64,000 nt of DNA from Thermoplasmata archaeon (GTDB lineage: Archaea; Thermoplasmatota; Penumbrarchaeia; JAEHCK01): NCBI GenBank assembly GCA_020696345.1, contig JAEHCK010000003.1, positions 10,270 to 74,269 on the forward strand, in the 5' to 3' direction. The position numbers and the translations under genes are program-made. Under the pieces are notes generated by a model. That model did not search any database. It saw only the letters and a program-made list of their open reading frames with translations, and was not told the DNA's origin. This document shows, piece by piece, positions 30,901-38,684 of the stretch. Positions within the stretch are counted from its first letter, which is position 1, and every line of letters starts with the position of its first letter.

Positions 30901-31581
30901 AGTATATTGGATACGCTGTTTCCCGGGATGGCTACGAATGCTCAATATGGCATTTTAGGAGGAATCGTATTATTGATCCTCATAATTTTATTATTGGTTG
31001 TTCGCAGCAAAAAGAAACGAACGCGATCGGAAAAAGATGAAGAGATCTTCAAAGCTACAGAAGAAGAGCGTATCGAGAAAGAGAAACTCAAAACCGAGGA
31101 AGAAGAGAAGAAATTGGAAATGGTATCCAAACAGCCGGTTCGATGCCCCACATGCAAGGAATATTCGGTGATCGAGGATGATGGCACGCGACCGTTGATG
31201 ATCGAGTGTGTGCACTGCGGCGCCAAGGGCTTTATCAGCCTGAAATCAAAGGGCTTGGGCGCACCAAAACTGCCCAAGGATGAAGAAGAAGAGAAACCGA
31301 TCATACGGTGCCCCAAGTGCGACGAGATGTTCACGGTGGACGATGAGGGTGGGGCGATCGAGTGCCCGAACTGCGGTGCAAAGGGTCAACTGAACGAGAA
31401 AACCTTGGAAGAATTAAAAAAGAAACAAAAAAAGGAGAAAGCAAAGCCATCTCCATCAAGGTTTATATCGACACAACCAAAGAAAAATATCAAATGCCCG
31501 AGCTGTAGTAATCAATTCTCTATACCGGCAGATGCAAAAAAGATAGAATGTCCGAGTTGTGGGGTAACAGGTAGTTTGTAG
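24994..31581 (+). CDS. Giant single-pass surface protein (2,195 aa) with Ca-binding-like DxDxDG modules, ~8 PKD domains, Ig-like domains, a C-terminal TM helix and a cytoplasmic tail bearing three zinc ribbons
   Basis: The start is TTG, preceded by AGGAGGA 6 nt upstream, and the only nearby ATG is out of frame. The signal/anchor is LVIILLFFSMITLVLPSSNVAAQ. PKD signatures are present (ANAGPDQ...VTLDGSGSSDPDG...YNWTF; FDGSTSSDPD). The TM helix YGILGGIVLLILIILLLVV is encoded at 30946-31002. There are three CPxC...CPxCG ribbons at 31138-31578. Confidence 0.85.
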   Translation: MTFYGPIFLSSSYKFRSRKNNRVRRKLSSSLVIILLFFSMITLVLPSSNVAAQRDGFEYFVPVPYIQRIDDDMDGYFETARIHYDVDTNVAYAEIKVVCSVYDDETDQLVKEISETYTIFWRVEVTDTYIDYKTSYSGTFNFTLAVYDVIHNKKENGGNDYPVENTTLKVNPYGYRIVPDAIGYDADADGYNDDVKIIVRDSYNYTLQDVEIYIDGEYKGKTAQDGTFLKFNYPRGVHEVDAFYHGEHGNTDFKSEGTGQELSIYADADPFDDDGDGYIDDVLIRAYAYNFYPLPNAQVYIDYYYYGTTNQDGLLYAYNFERGFHYVDIYMRNFWTSTTFYAEGLNQSNVQEYFAWVEASVVSLDNGNLANDIDIYLDVDVEGGKTSNVTVNATLFYENRTVAAESSTNYTAIGYEIEDEHIYFHNVTANLTYNLRCELFDDFGNLEDVWYIWDIVIQISYGMVNVDKFVFDLDDDNHLNDVIFWAHIKDEGYTDANIKVYWESNSTMAHNVNTSLERGYAVIENMQYSNYTWVAYDGDSIEIDNGTFRLYDRNPLRTVQIRVQLHDADRDNFYDDFSIRAYDERDVPDNTVSVMIIDAKNNQTVALGFTSAQTPGGPGRFMVEDLQEGYYRFTATILFGTSESYIISTGWFYSYGNSTESTHNLNAFAVGLDLDSDGYKNDVEITITDRNGQPVMNAIVYFDNDYQNSKTTDQNGITYRTNFTFGWHDVNVVFLGISSSVPTGAQAHTRFFSEGLNYDEYFFWVNFRTINLDNDDHWNDLEIFMDVDVDEDVTVEVSVEVEIHYSSNDTLFAQEMIEFEIFSAVGESNYVFINNLTYNEYFHANLTLKDKDGNIEDYWNKSKILVIPITPLVNIDVFLDQYNDQSVTTNFLSFNAHILDMGIENITIRIYYLSNDTEVAEVTTNIYGDAWVGQQLEDGDYYYIATNSTNHTAEYGEINIGNHSASIYELLRDWDNDNFHDDFSYTGKYYNVTPIGIIQEHINITISIYDLQDNLLDQGNTETVWHFYSYNYTEGYYKFIATYESQRVTNGTFYSYGNGFSNRAPTAIISKPVNNSEWLTTEYINFDGSTSSDPDLDVIDFYWTSNISGPLAYKATSTQKLPEGIHKITLFVDDDHGHNVTDSVTIRVNSPVINVTNQLPTANAGPDQDNVPVNTKVTLDGSGSSDPDGYITEYNWTFVSGPSTPALNDSTYVKPTFTPTTIGTYKWELGVKDNNSEWSVTEDEVIIEVIENQLPIVNISLPIDMAKFNTTDTIFFESNGTYDPDDDTNGNGTIDGSEIDNLTYSWIAAQGNATPVEISTKAYFNISDVNTLLGTGAFIINLTILDTLGANAGTEIEINISNVPPVANITTPEEGEVFNKFTPIYLDGTASEDADNDTTQLYYYWLVEKDGVTKFTFANTSNPVIQEGLEEGDYTITLWVDDSVETDLDLFDRVHNVSTIVNISVENRAPVPKFSMYYPDDAYPNTINLGELAFFNASKSSDPDGERDEANFTYAWDFGDGMTGSGMVVNNSYSGDGEFDVPLTYVVNLTIKDSGSVHNKTAWTNLTIRINRIPEARAGDDIDDASAGEDILLDGSGSYDEDGDILDYQWTFDEENSDKDTIWSTSPYTNVTFDDAGDYIVILNVSDGLGWALQSITITVTKANSAPICVAGGDIKDVEIDEAIFFSGINCSDLDTGDVLTFTWDFGDDSLTKEGINVTHIYSENGEYTVTLNVTDDHGAWANDTLIVTVRPPPAVIELPYDGETLEKIVYITGTTGGNDIDAVEVRIGKYVTENKNSFVAGPWRMATPIDIDDWSEWSFEWDTTKDDDAEYIISVRVTTTYGSTSQMTEIDVIVANGPETTELKVTITNPGNSQTVKKTVTISGTTEGDNIVKVEVQIGNDQWELANNDGGDWSAWSYDWDTTKEIDNRNYQITVQVTDGDGNYKTEIITVKVLNAAATEPDEDEEAESILDTLFPGMATNAQYGILGGIVLLILIILLLVVRSKKKRTRSEKDEEIFKATEEERIEKEKLKTEEEEKKLEMVSKQPVRCPTCKEYSVIEDDGTRPLMIECVHCGAKGFISLKSKGLGAPKLPKDEEEEKPIIRCPKCDEMFTVDDEGGAIECPNCGAKGQLNEKTLEELKKKQKKEKAKPSPSRFISTQPKKNIKCPSCSNQFSIPADAKKIECPSCGVTGSL

Positions 31582-31823
31582 AGTTATTGCTGGGTAAAAA
31601 TCCAAGTACCAAGCTCCAATAACCAAATAAATCCCAAGTTCCAAATAAAAAATAAATATAAAGATTTTCTTTTGCCATATGTAGCATTGAATTGCTTTCT
31701 TAGCTCTTTTTCGAACATGATCATACGCTTATCCAGCTCTACCTTATCATCGGCTTCCACGGTGAGCCTGGTCACCAGGGAACTTAAACATACAAATATG
31801 AATCGGATAAGTTAGATCAATTA

Positions 31824-33077
31824 TTATCGTCCATATACTCTCCTCAAATTTTTATCCTCTACAGGAAACTCTTCATAAACTCTATAAATCGCCTCAAGAG
31901 TTTTTATAGAATGCTCAAAACTAGTTCTTGGATGTATGTTTTCTTCAATTGCAATGTAAAAATCTTTGAGAATGTTCACATATTCATATTGCGAAGCTCC
32001 ACAATGCCATTCAATGGTTTTACCATCATCTTTATATTCAATTACCGTACCTTCAATAAAATCTATTGTCAAAACCGTTGAATTAACGGTTTTACCACTC
32101 TCATCCCTGTTTTCAAAAGTCACCTCAACTTTTTTGTTATCTTCTTTTGGTAATTTATCGGATTTGTTAATAAATTTTGCGAAAGTAAATTCTCCTTCTG
32201 TATTCTCCCAAAATAAATTACCACTAATTTCAAATTTAGTTTTTACATAAGTTTCAACATCATAGCGTTTGCATTTTTTATGTCCTGGGTATATATCATA
32301 TTCCGCACTTAAAATTTTACCGATTTCACCTTCTATGTTGGTTATTATACCGAATAAATGTACACCCATATCAAGAAGAAGGCCCGTTCTATTTTTTCTG
32401 CATAATAGATCCCTGGTTCTTTGTTTTTCTGGATCATCTTTTTCATACGTATATCCTTTTATCCCAGATATCTTGCCATAGATTTTTGCTGTCTTTTCTA
32501 TGTTTTCATAAAAAGCCATGGATGCTTTTTTAGCAGAATAATGCTCGGCATCCATCATAATACACTTAGATTTGTGATCCTTGACAAGTTCTTTGAGTTT
32601 TTTAAGATATGTTTCGTTACCTTCGTCAGCTTTGTGATTCTCATCGGTAACAGTAACTAATGGTTTTTCGCATAAGACATGTTTATTATTTTTTAATAAC
32701 AATTCAATATAATCTAAGTGAGTTGTGTTTGAAGTATGAATAACTGCAGCATCATAACCCTCTTTGGGTATTTTTCCATTTATAACTGAATAATAATCTA
32801 TTTTTTTGCTCTCCAAATCCTCTTTAAGTCGTTTTGCGCTTTCTATTTCTGCATTTGTATTCTCCTCTCTCCATTTTTTCCCTTTTTCTAAAGCTATTTC
32901 TCTCTTTCCTATTTCACTAGATAATTTATCTATTACATCTGTTTTTATTGGTTCTAGACCACAAATTCCAACTAAATCGAAATACTCAGAAAGTCCATAT
33001 TTAAAAATAGCCGGAAAGAATTTTGCAAGTGCCCACTCTGAGATACACCCAATTTGAAGTAGGTTTATTTTTTTCAT
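31824..33077 (-). CDS. Gfo/Idh/MocA-family NAD(P)-dependent sugar oxidoreductase
   Basis: It has an N-terminal Rossmann-like start (INLLQIGCISEWA), the family motif VLCEKPL, and a C-terminal alpha/beta dimerisation region. The length is 417 aa with insertions. Confidence 0.75.
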   Translation of the reverse strand: MKKINLLQIGCISEWALAKFFPAIFKYGLSEYFDLVGICGLEPIKTDVIDKLSSEIGKREIALEKGKKWREENTNAEIESAKRLKEDLESKKIDYYSVINGKIPKEGYDAAVIHTSNTTHLDYIELLLKNNKHVLCEKPLVTVTDENHKADEGNETYLKKLKELVKDHKSKCIMMDAEHYSAKKASMAFYENIEKTAKIYGKISGIKGYTYEKDDPEKQRTRDLLCRKNRTGLLLDMGVHLFGIITNIEGEIGKILSAEYDIYPGHKKCKRYDVETYVKTKFEISGNLFWENTEGEFTFAKFINKSDKLPKEDNKKVEVTFENRDESGKTVNSTVLTIDFIEGTVIEYKDDGKTIEWHCGASQYEYVNILKDFYIAIEENIHPRTSFEHSIKTLEAIYRVYEEFPVEDKNLRRVYGR

Positions 33078-33365
33078 TTTGAAGCCTCAAAGTTTTATCT
33101 TCATTTGAATACCCCGTAACTTGGTGCGATTGGGAGCTACATTTATGATAATGTGATACCCCTAAAAATATTTTTTCTAATAAATCAGGCGATAAAACGA
33201 CCTTTGGTTTTAACAATTCAAAGAGGTGCAAAGATCGAGGAAAAAAGATGATTTAATTGTTATACGAACATATTTTACAAACAACTCTTGACCTTCAACC
33301 CCCATTCTTCCATCCTTCAATTATTTACTTAATTTTAAATATCTTCTTGCATTTAACATGCCTCA

Positions 33366-34472
33366 ATGCACCCTTCAATTATTCGTATCGGAACCTCAAA
33401 CATACGCACGGGCAAAGACGGTTATACCTGGGGAAGACCGGCCAAAGATTCACACATACTTCGGTTATTAGATATTAAGCCTGAGGACATTGATATAGCT
33501 GAAGACGAGCCTGTAGGTGAACTTTGGCTTGCCTCGGATGATAAGACCTATCCTTCATTAGTACACTTAGATGGCGGCTCAACCATTACCCTTACCGAAC
33601 TTCTTGTAAAAGATGGAAGATCCATCCTAGGAGAAAAACATTTTTCACTCTACGGGCCGCATATTGCTACAATAATGAAATTGATCGATGCTGGCCAACC
33701 ATTATCCGTTCAAGTTCACCCGGCCATGGGCCATCCTTCACGGCCGGCAAAACCGGAGATGTGGATGATCGTAAGGTCAGGTGCACGATTTTATATTGGT
33801 TTTAACCGGGATATTTCTATCGAGATGTTAAAAAAAGCATATGAGGATGGTACTCTTGAAGGTCTACTGTATCAATTAGAAGCCGGACCTGAAGAGCTTT
33901 TTATTGTGAGTGGTGGATTGATCCATGCTTTGAGAGCAGAAACAACACTCTGGGAATGGTCACATGCTCTTACTGGCAAGGAACTCGAACGAGGCGACCT
34001 CAAGGGCGCCACCGTTGCTCTGTGGGATAGAACGGACGGTAAGGAGCCGCGGCCCGACAAAGAAGATCTGGAGGGAACTATAGAGGTATTGGACGATGCC
34101 GCCGAAAGAGCACGAATACCCGTGTATAATAAAGTAGTATTAGATAAAATACGAAGCCAGAGAAACACTATTTATTCGGATCTGAGGAAAAACAAAATTG
34201 ATAGACTCTTCACCACTGATGAGGTCATTGTAGATGAGATCATTTTAGATAATACGTTGCCGCAAGATACCGACGATCACGGCTATCCTATTTTTATATT
34301 GGAGGGCACTGTAGAGATCCAGGCACCGGATGGTGCAATGCTTGATAAATTAACCACAAACGATTGTGCAATAATTCCCGCCTATTTGGGTAAACATACG
34401 CTCGTTAACAGATCCACCGAACCATCCAAGATCATCAGATGGTATGCACCGATCGATAAGATGTTTTGCTAG
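33366..34472 (+). CDS. Type I phosphomannose isomerase-like cupin (mannose-6-phosphate isomerase)
   Basis: It has LSVQVHP, the metal-binding signature of class I PMI, followed by a C-terminal cupin half. Confidence 0.7.
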   Translation: MHPSIIRIGTSNIRTGKDGYTWGRPAKDSHILRLLDIKPEDIDIAEDEPVGELWLASDDKTYPSLVHLDGGSTITLTELLVKDGRSILGEKHFSLYGPHIATIMKLIDAGQPLSVQVHPAMGHPSRPAKPEMWMIVRSGARFYIGFNRDISIEMLKKAYEDGTLEGLLYQLEAGPEELFIVSGGLIHALRAETTLWEWSHALTGKELERGDLKGATVALWDRTDGKEPRPDKEDLEGTIEVLDDAAERARIPVYNKVVLDKIRSQRNTIYSDLRKNKIDRLFTTDEVIVDEIILDNTLPQDTDDHGYPIFILEGTVEIQAPDGAMLDKLTTNDCAIIPAYLGKHTLVNRSTEPSKIIRWYAPIDKMFC

Positions 34473-34550
34473 GGTCAACCCCGACTACCGCAACAACAAC
34501 CTCGGCTTGCGCCTCGTGAGGTTATTATAATGTTACCACTTACAACTTTA

Positions 34551-34628
34551 CAACAACGAATCGAACGAATTAACGAATAGACGAATATCATCTGTTTATT
34601 CGAACATTCGTGCCATTCGTTGTAAAAC
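34551..34628. repeat. AACGAAT-word tandem repeat plus its inverted complement (hairpin) immediately upstream of the GxxExxY gene
   Basis: CAACAACGAATCGAACGAATTAACGAATAGACGAATA (34551-34587) is followed by TTTATTCGAACATTCGTGCCATTCGTTGTAAAAC (34595-34628). Confidence 0.7.
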
Positions 34629-34637
34629 GTGATAAAA

Positions 34638-35036
34638 ATGGATGACGAGAAGATATTATATAAAGACTTATCGTATAAAATCATGAATTCTGCTTTCGAA
34701 GTCCAAAATATTTTAAGCTCTGGTTTAACAGAAAATATATATGAAGAGGCACTATGTCATGAATTTGATTTACAAGAAATAAAGTATAGAAGACAAGTCC
34801 CAGTAGATATCTTTTATAAAAACAAGCAAATAGGAAGATATGTAATTGATTTGGTTATTGAAAATAAAATTGTGTTAGAATTAAAATCGGTTTCAGCGTT
34901 GCATGAAAGTCACGAAGCTCAAATAATATCCTATATAAAGGCTACAAAATTAAAATTGGGAATCTTGATCAATTTTGGACAAGCTAAGGTTGAATATAAA
35001 AGGATATTAAATTCAGATCTAGTAGACCTACCCTAA
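34638..35036 (+). CDS. GxxExxY protein (PDDEXK_3 / PD-(D/E)xK nuclease-fold family)
   Basis: It has the GLTENIYEEAL (GxxExxY) motif, the D..VIENKIVLELK (D-x(n)-E-x-K) core, and a C-terminal GILINFG. The ORF track start is GTG 34629, with an ATG at 34638. Confidence 0.8.
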   Translation: MDDEKILYKDLSYKIMNSAFEVQNILSSGLTENIYEEALCHEFDLQEIKYRRQVPVDIFYKNKQIGRYVIDLVIENKIVLELKSVSALHESHEAQIISYIKATKLKLGILINFGQAKVEYKRILNSDLVDLP

Positions 35037-35040
35037 AAAT

Positions 35041-35159
35041 CTCATTCGTGTATTCGAACATTCGAATTATTCGTTGTAAAAAATATTAAAAGAGTGGTCT
35101 TATATTGACTTCCTATTCCTCACCCATATAACGAATCAACGAATGGACGAATAATAATC
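35041..35159. repeat. Downstream copy of the ATTCG/CGAAT-word hairpin element
   Basis: TATTCGAACATTCGAATTATTCGTTGTAAAAA (35051-35082) matches the 32 nt at 34597-34628 with ~4 mismatches. ATAACGAATCAACGAATGGACGAATAATAATC lies at 35128-35159. Confidence 0.7.
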
Positions 35160-35261
35160 ATTTAGATATAATTAAATTGAATTTAAATCCTTTCAGGGAT
35201 ACTGGCCGTATCTAGCTGTATCCAAAAAATTTAATTTGTAGCTCCACATACGGCCACAACA

Positions 35262-38200
35262 ATGAAGCTTATTGATGTTTTAAACCTCCCCCTGGAGCTA
35301 GAGCCTGTCTTAGCCCAGTTAAAAGGCTTGGAAGAACTGGTTAATGGCGCTTTATCTAACTTAGAGGTAGTTGATTATACAATTGGCACTCAAAGCACAA
35401 CCGAGGACCTTAAAGCAATGATCGGCACTGAGAGTTTAAGTCTATTATCAACCGGTTATCTTGCCCAGAGATTGTTCAAGGCTGAACAGGATGTCAAGAC
35501 AATTTCTTACCTATATATGCTCTCATATTTCAGAAGCCTTCCACATGAAAAACGCCACCAGGCAAAAGGCGAACTGAATGAATTAACCAGCGGCAACGAA
35601 AGCCATTTGGGAGATAAACTATTCATGGAGATAAACCTGGACCTGGATGATGTCATCAATAACAAAGATCTGAAGGCTCTAATAATTCTAAGGGACCAGG
35701 TAGTAAGCCGCACAAGAGCCTTACGTATCGCCTTTGAGACCTCTGGTCTTAATATGAACGATCTGGAATTAATTACACGGAACCCTAAGTTACTGCACAC
35801 TGTGCTGGGCTTGCGTACCGCAGCGGCTATAGAGAACAACTACACCAACAATGAACTTTCACGACTGAAAACACTACTCAATGTCTTTGACCATGTTGAA
35901 GGGGCGGCAATAAATTTAACACATTTGGCAGATGGTCAGATCTATATTTACGACGAATACCTCGTTAAACTAATTGTATTTGATCAGAATAACCATAAAA
36001 AATCCTCACTTTCTTTACATAATGAGGGGGTTGAACATTTGATCGGCCTCGATATGGCCAAACGTTCAGGCGAACTCTATCATCTGACCGAGGCATCATG
36101 CATAATTAACGATAGATCTTTGAACCTGTTGATCAAGTCCATTGCAGGACCATTATTGACCGATCGTAAAGATGATCGATTTACCAGTTGGGATAGTGAG
36201 AGATATATCTGGCGATCAGCAGGTTTGGGCAGTCGTTTCTATGAGCTAGAACGTCCCAATGTTGATGTCGTTGCCATGGCAACCATCGACCGTGAAGTGG
36301 CAACCTACAACCAGATAGAAACCGAATTGGAAAACTGGCGGATCTTTAACCGCAGACCCATCTTCATGTTGATCGATGATTCAGGAGTAACGCGCGATGG
36401 AAAGCCCGATTCACCAAATCCGATCTTGGATGCTAATATTCGCAACCTGGAGCGTCTCCATAAAAAATTTGGAGACCGGTTCATTCATCTGACCTACGAA
36501 AACAGGGATAGCGACCAGGCTGCATGGGCAGAGGCCACATTTAATAGACTGGAGGCAAAGCTGAAGAACAACAATCTTGAACCCGTGCTAATGACGATAT
36601 TAAAGGAATACAGAGAGGGTAATATTCTCCTGAACGAAGATGGATGTTCAATCAATAAAACAGCATTTACAAAATATATATCCAGCAACATTTTTAGACA
36701 CATTTCCGGCGTTCGTAATTACACATTCTTAAAAGCACTGGGTTATCGCGTAATGAGCGAAGACGATGATGCACCGCCTGAAACCTATGTGGTCTTGCCA
36801 AAAGACCTGGAGCAGATCAGAAATAGACGTGAAACCGCCCGTAACAACGTGATGAAAGAACTATTTAGCGAATCATCAAAGATATTAGGAAAGCAGATAA
36901 CCTCAGAGGAACAGCTTTATCAATTCTGGGTAAATGAAACAAATCCTGAAAAACTCACCCAGCTAGATAAATTGGAGGATATTTATTTCGGGTATAGTAA
37001 GGATGGCGACTGCGGCCTTATTCCTCAGGCAGTAGAGCAGATACGTACCTATTCCAGCCACTATATGGATCCTCGGTATAAACGCACCCACCAGCGCTAT
37101 GAAGGCCTCAGCAGGCCGCAAGCTGGACATGATCAAGATGGCCGGATCATTTATGAGGACCTGCCGGAATATCTGATAACAATAAATGACTTCTATTATC
37201 GGCCTGGCCGCATAGAAAAGGATGATAACCAATGCTCGGTCTTTCCCGTAAATATCATCGGTAGCACGAGAGATCTGGGTAAAAAGGTAAAGGATACTAA
37301 TTTAATGGTATTCTCCAATAACCTGCGTCATACTGTTGCTATGCCGGCAGATGCAACTACGATTGAAGAAACCCAGGAAAAGATCATCGAATATATTGCC
37401 TTTCCATTTATTAATGACCATGACACCTCGGGCATGGCACAGTTCATCAGGTATCTATTAAGTAAAACCAAGTTCTGGTATGATCTGCAGCACACCCATC
37501 AATCTTCATTGATCGTTAATTCAGTGCGGGGTTATGTTACCTTTGGCTATGCAATATTCAACCGCTCTGCATTTCGCAATTTTATCCCGGGTGTATCTAT
37601 TGGACGCGAACTGCGCCTGGAAGAGCCGCCGTATATACCGTGGGTCAAGTCTCCGCTCTTTAAGGGCGAGCTGGTAGTCTCCTCTGGCAAGGTTGGAGGC
37701 GGTCAGCAGCGCCAGCCAAATGAACGCAACTATTGTATCAGTCAGCAAGATAACACAGAGGTACTGGGAACAACCGCGCGGCGCATATATGAAAAAGCAG
37801 TGGAAAACTACTATGAACATATTAATAAATTACCTGAAGACGATCTCCTTAAGCAAGAGGACAATCATTACGGCCGCTCTCTTCTTCTTGGTAATTATTA
37901 TATCGATGAAGCCAAGGCATTTAAGCTCAATGACTTGGAAATTGAACAGCTCAAGAGTGAGCGCAACTTCCGGAGTCAAATGGCCACTACCCTGGGTATT
38001 CAGATCGTTCAAATGGAGGAGAAGTTATTAAACGTTCAAAACACAGGTGAAGTATCAAATTCAGGAAAAGATGCATTACAACCTCAATTACAGGATATGT
38101 GCCTTATCTTGGTCCAGATGGCTGATGATTTTGATCTATATAATGCCCTGGACCGCAGGAAAAATGATTACTCGCCCAAAGACCCAACAAATGATTATTT

Positions 38201-38684
38201 CTATCGTTTAAGGATGCAAGGGGCCACCCTATTTTATAAAAAAGTAAGTCCACAACTCACAGTTGAAAATGTCAAGGGCATTATGATCGCCACTAAAGCC
38301 GGTTGGGTAGAACTGGAAGCCGAAAAGCAGTTGGAGCTGGATGAGACGAACCGTACATCGGTGAAGGATGAACTTTGTGATGCTATCCGTATCGAGATCG
38401 AACCCGGACGGTTCGTGTTTATGGAAAAAGATAGATTGCCAGAAGACGGACAAGAATTTTACGTCACTGCCGCCTCTCAAGATCATGAAAAAGATTTTAT
38501 TATCGGAGTAGAGAAACATATAATGGACTATGTTCAACACGATGGTGAGGCAATAGCTTTATGGGCAATACTTACCAATGAAGCCCAGAAGCTGGATTCT
38601 TCACACGAGATGGATGAGTTATTAGGAATAGAGGCCAATCGAGCGCCAAAGGAAGTTTATAGGGAGATTAAAAAAGATGGGTGA
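35262..38684 (+). CDS. Large cytoplasmic protein of unknown function (1,140 aa) with a possible GT-A-like core
   Basis: This is a long clean ORF with no TM segment, signal peptide or P-loop. MLIDDSGVTRDG (nt ~36368-36400) resembles the GT2 'DDGSTD' motif, and SEDDDAPP (nt ~36756-36779) could be a DxD motif. The stop overlaps the start of the next gene (ATGGGTGA). Confidence 0.7.
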   Translation: MKLIDVLNLPLELEPVLAQLKGLEELVNGALSNLEVVDYTIGTQSTTEDLKAMIGTESLSLLSTGYLAQRLFKAEQDVKTISYLYMLSYFRSLPHEKRHQAKGELNELTSGNESHLGDKLFMEINLDLDDVINNKDLKALIILRDQVVSRTRALRIAFETSGLNMNDLELITRNPKLLHTVLGLRTAAAIENNYTNNELSRLKTLLNVFDHVEGAAINLTHLADGQIYIYDEYLVKLIVFDQNNHKKSSLSLHNEGVEHLIGLDMAKRSGELYHLTEASCIINDRSLNLLIKSIAGPLLTDRKDDRFTSWDSERYIWRSAGLGSRFYELERPNVDVVAMATIDREVATYNQIETELENWRIFNRRPIFMLIDDSGVTRDGKPDSPNPILDANIRNLERLHKKFGDRFIHLTYENRDSDQAAWAEATFNRLEAKLKNNNLEPVLMTILKEYREGNILLNEDGCSINKTAFTKYISSNIFRHISGVRNYTFLKALGYRVMSEDDDAPPETYVVLPKDLEQIRNRRETARNNVMKELFSESSKILGKQITSEEQLYQFWVNETNPEKLTQLDKLEDIYFGYSKDGDCGLIPQAVEQIRTYSSHYMDPRYKRTHQRYEGLSRPQAGHDQDGRIIYEDLPEYLITINDFYYRPGRIEKDDNQCSVFPVNIIGSTRDLGKKVKDTNLMVFSNNLRHTVAMPADATTIEETQEKIIEYIAFPFINDHDTSGMAQFIRYLLSKTKFWYDLQHTHQSSLIVNSVRGYVTFGYAIFNRSAFRNFIPGVSIGRELRLEEPPYIPWVKSPLFKGELVVSSGKVGGGQQRQPNERNYCISQQDNTEVLGTTARRIYEKAVENYYEHINKLPEDDLLKQEDNHYGRSLLLGNYYIDEAKAFKLNDLEIEQLKSERNFRSQMATTLGIQIVQMEEKLLNVQNTGEVSNSGKDALQPQLQDMCLILVQMADDFDLYNALDRRKNDYSPKDPTNDYFYRLRMQGATLFYKKVSPQLTVENVKGIMIATKAGWVELEAEKQLELDETNRTSVKDELCDAIRIEIEPGRFVFMEKDRLPEDGQEFYVTAASQDHEKDFIIGVEKHIMDYVQHDGEAIALWAILTNEAQKLDSSHEMDELLGIEANRAPKEVYREIKKDG

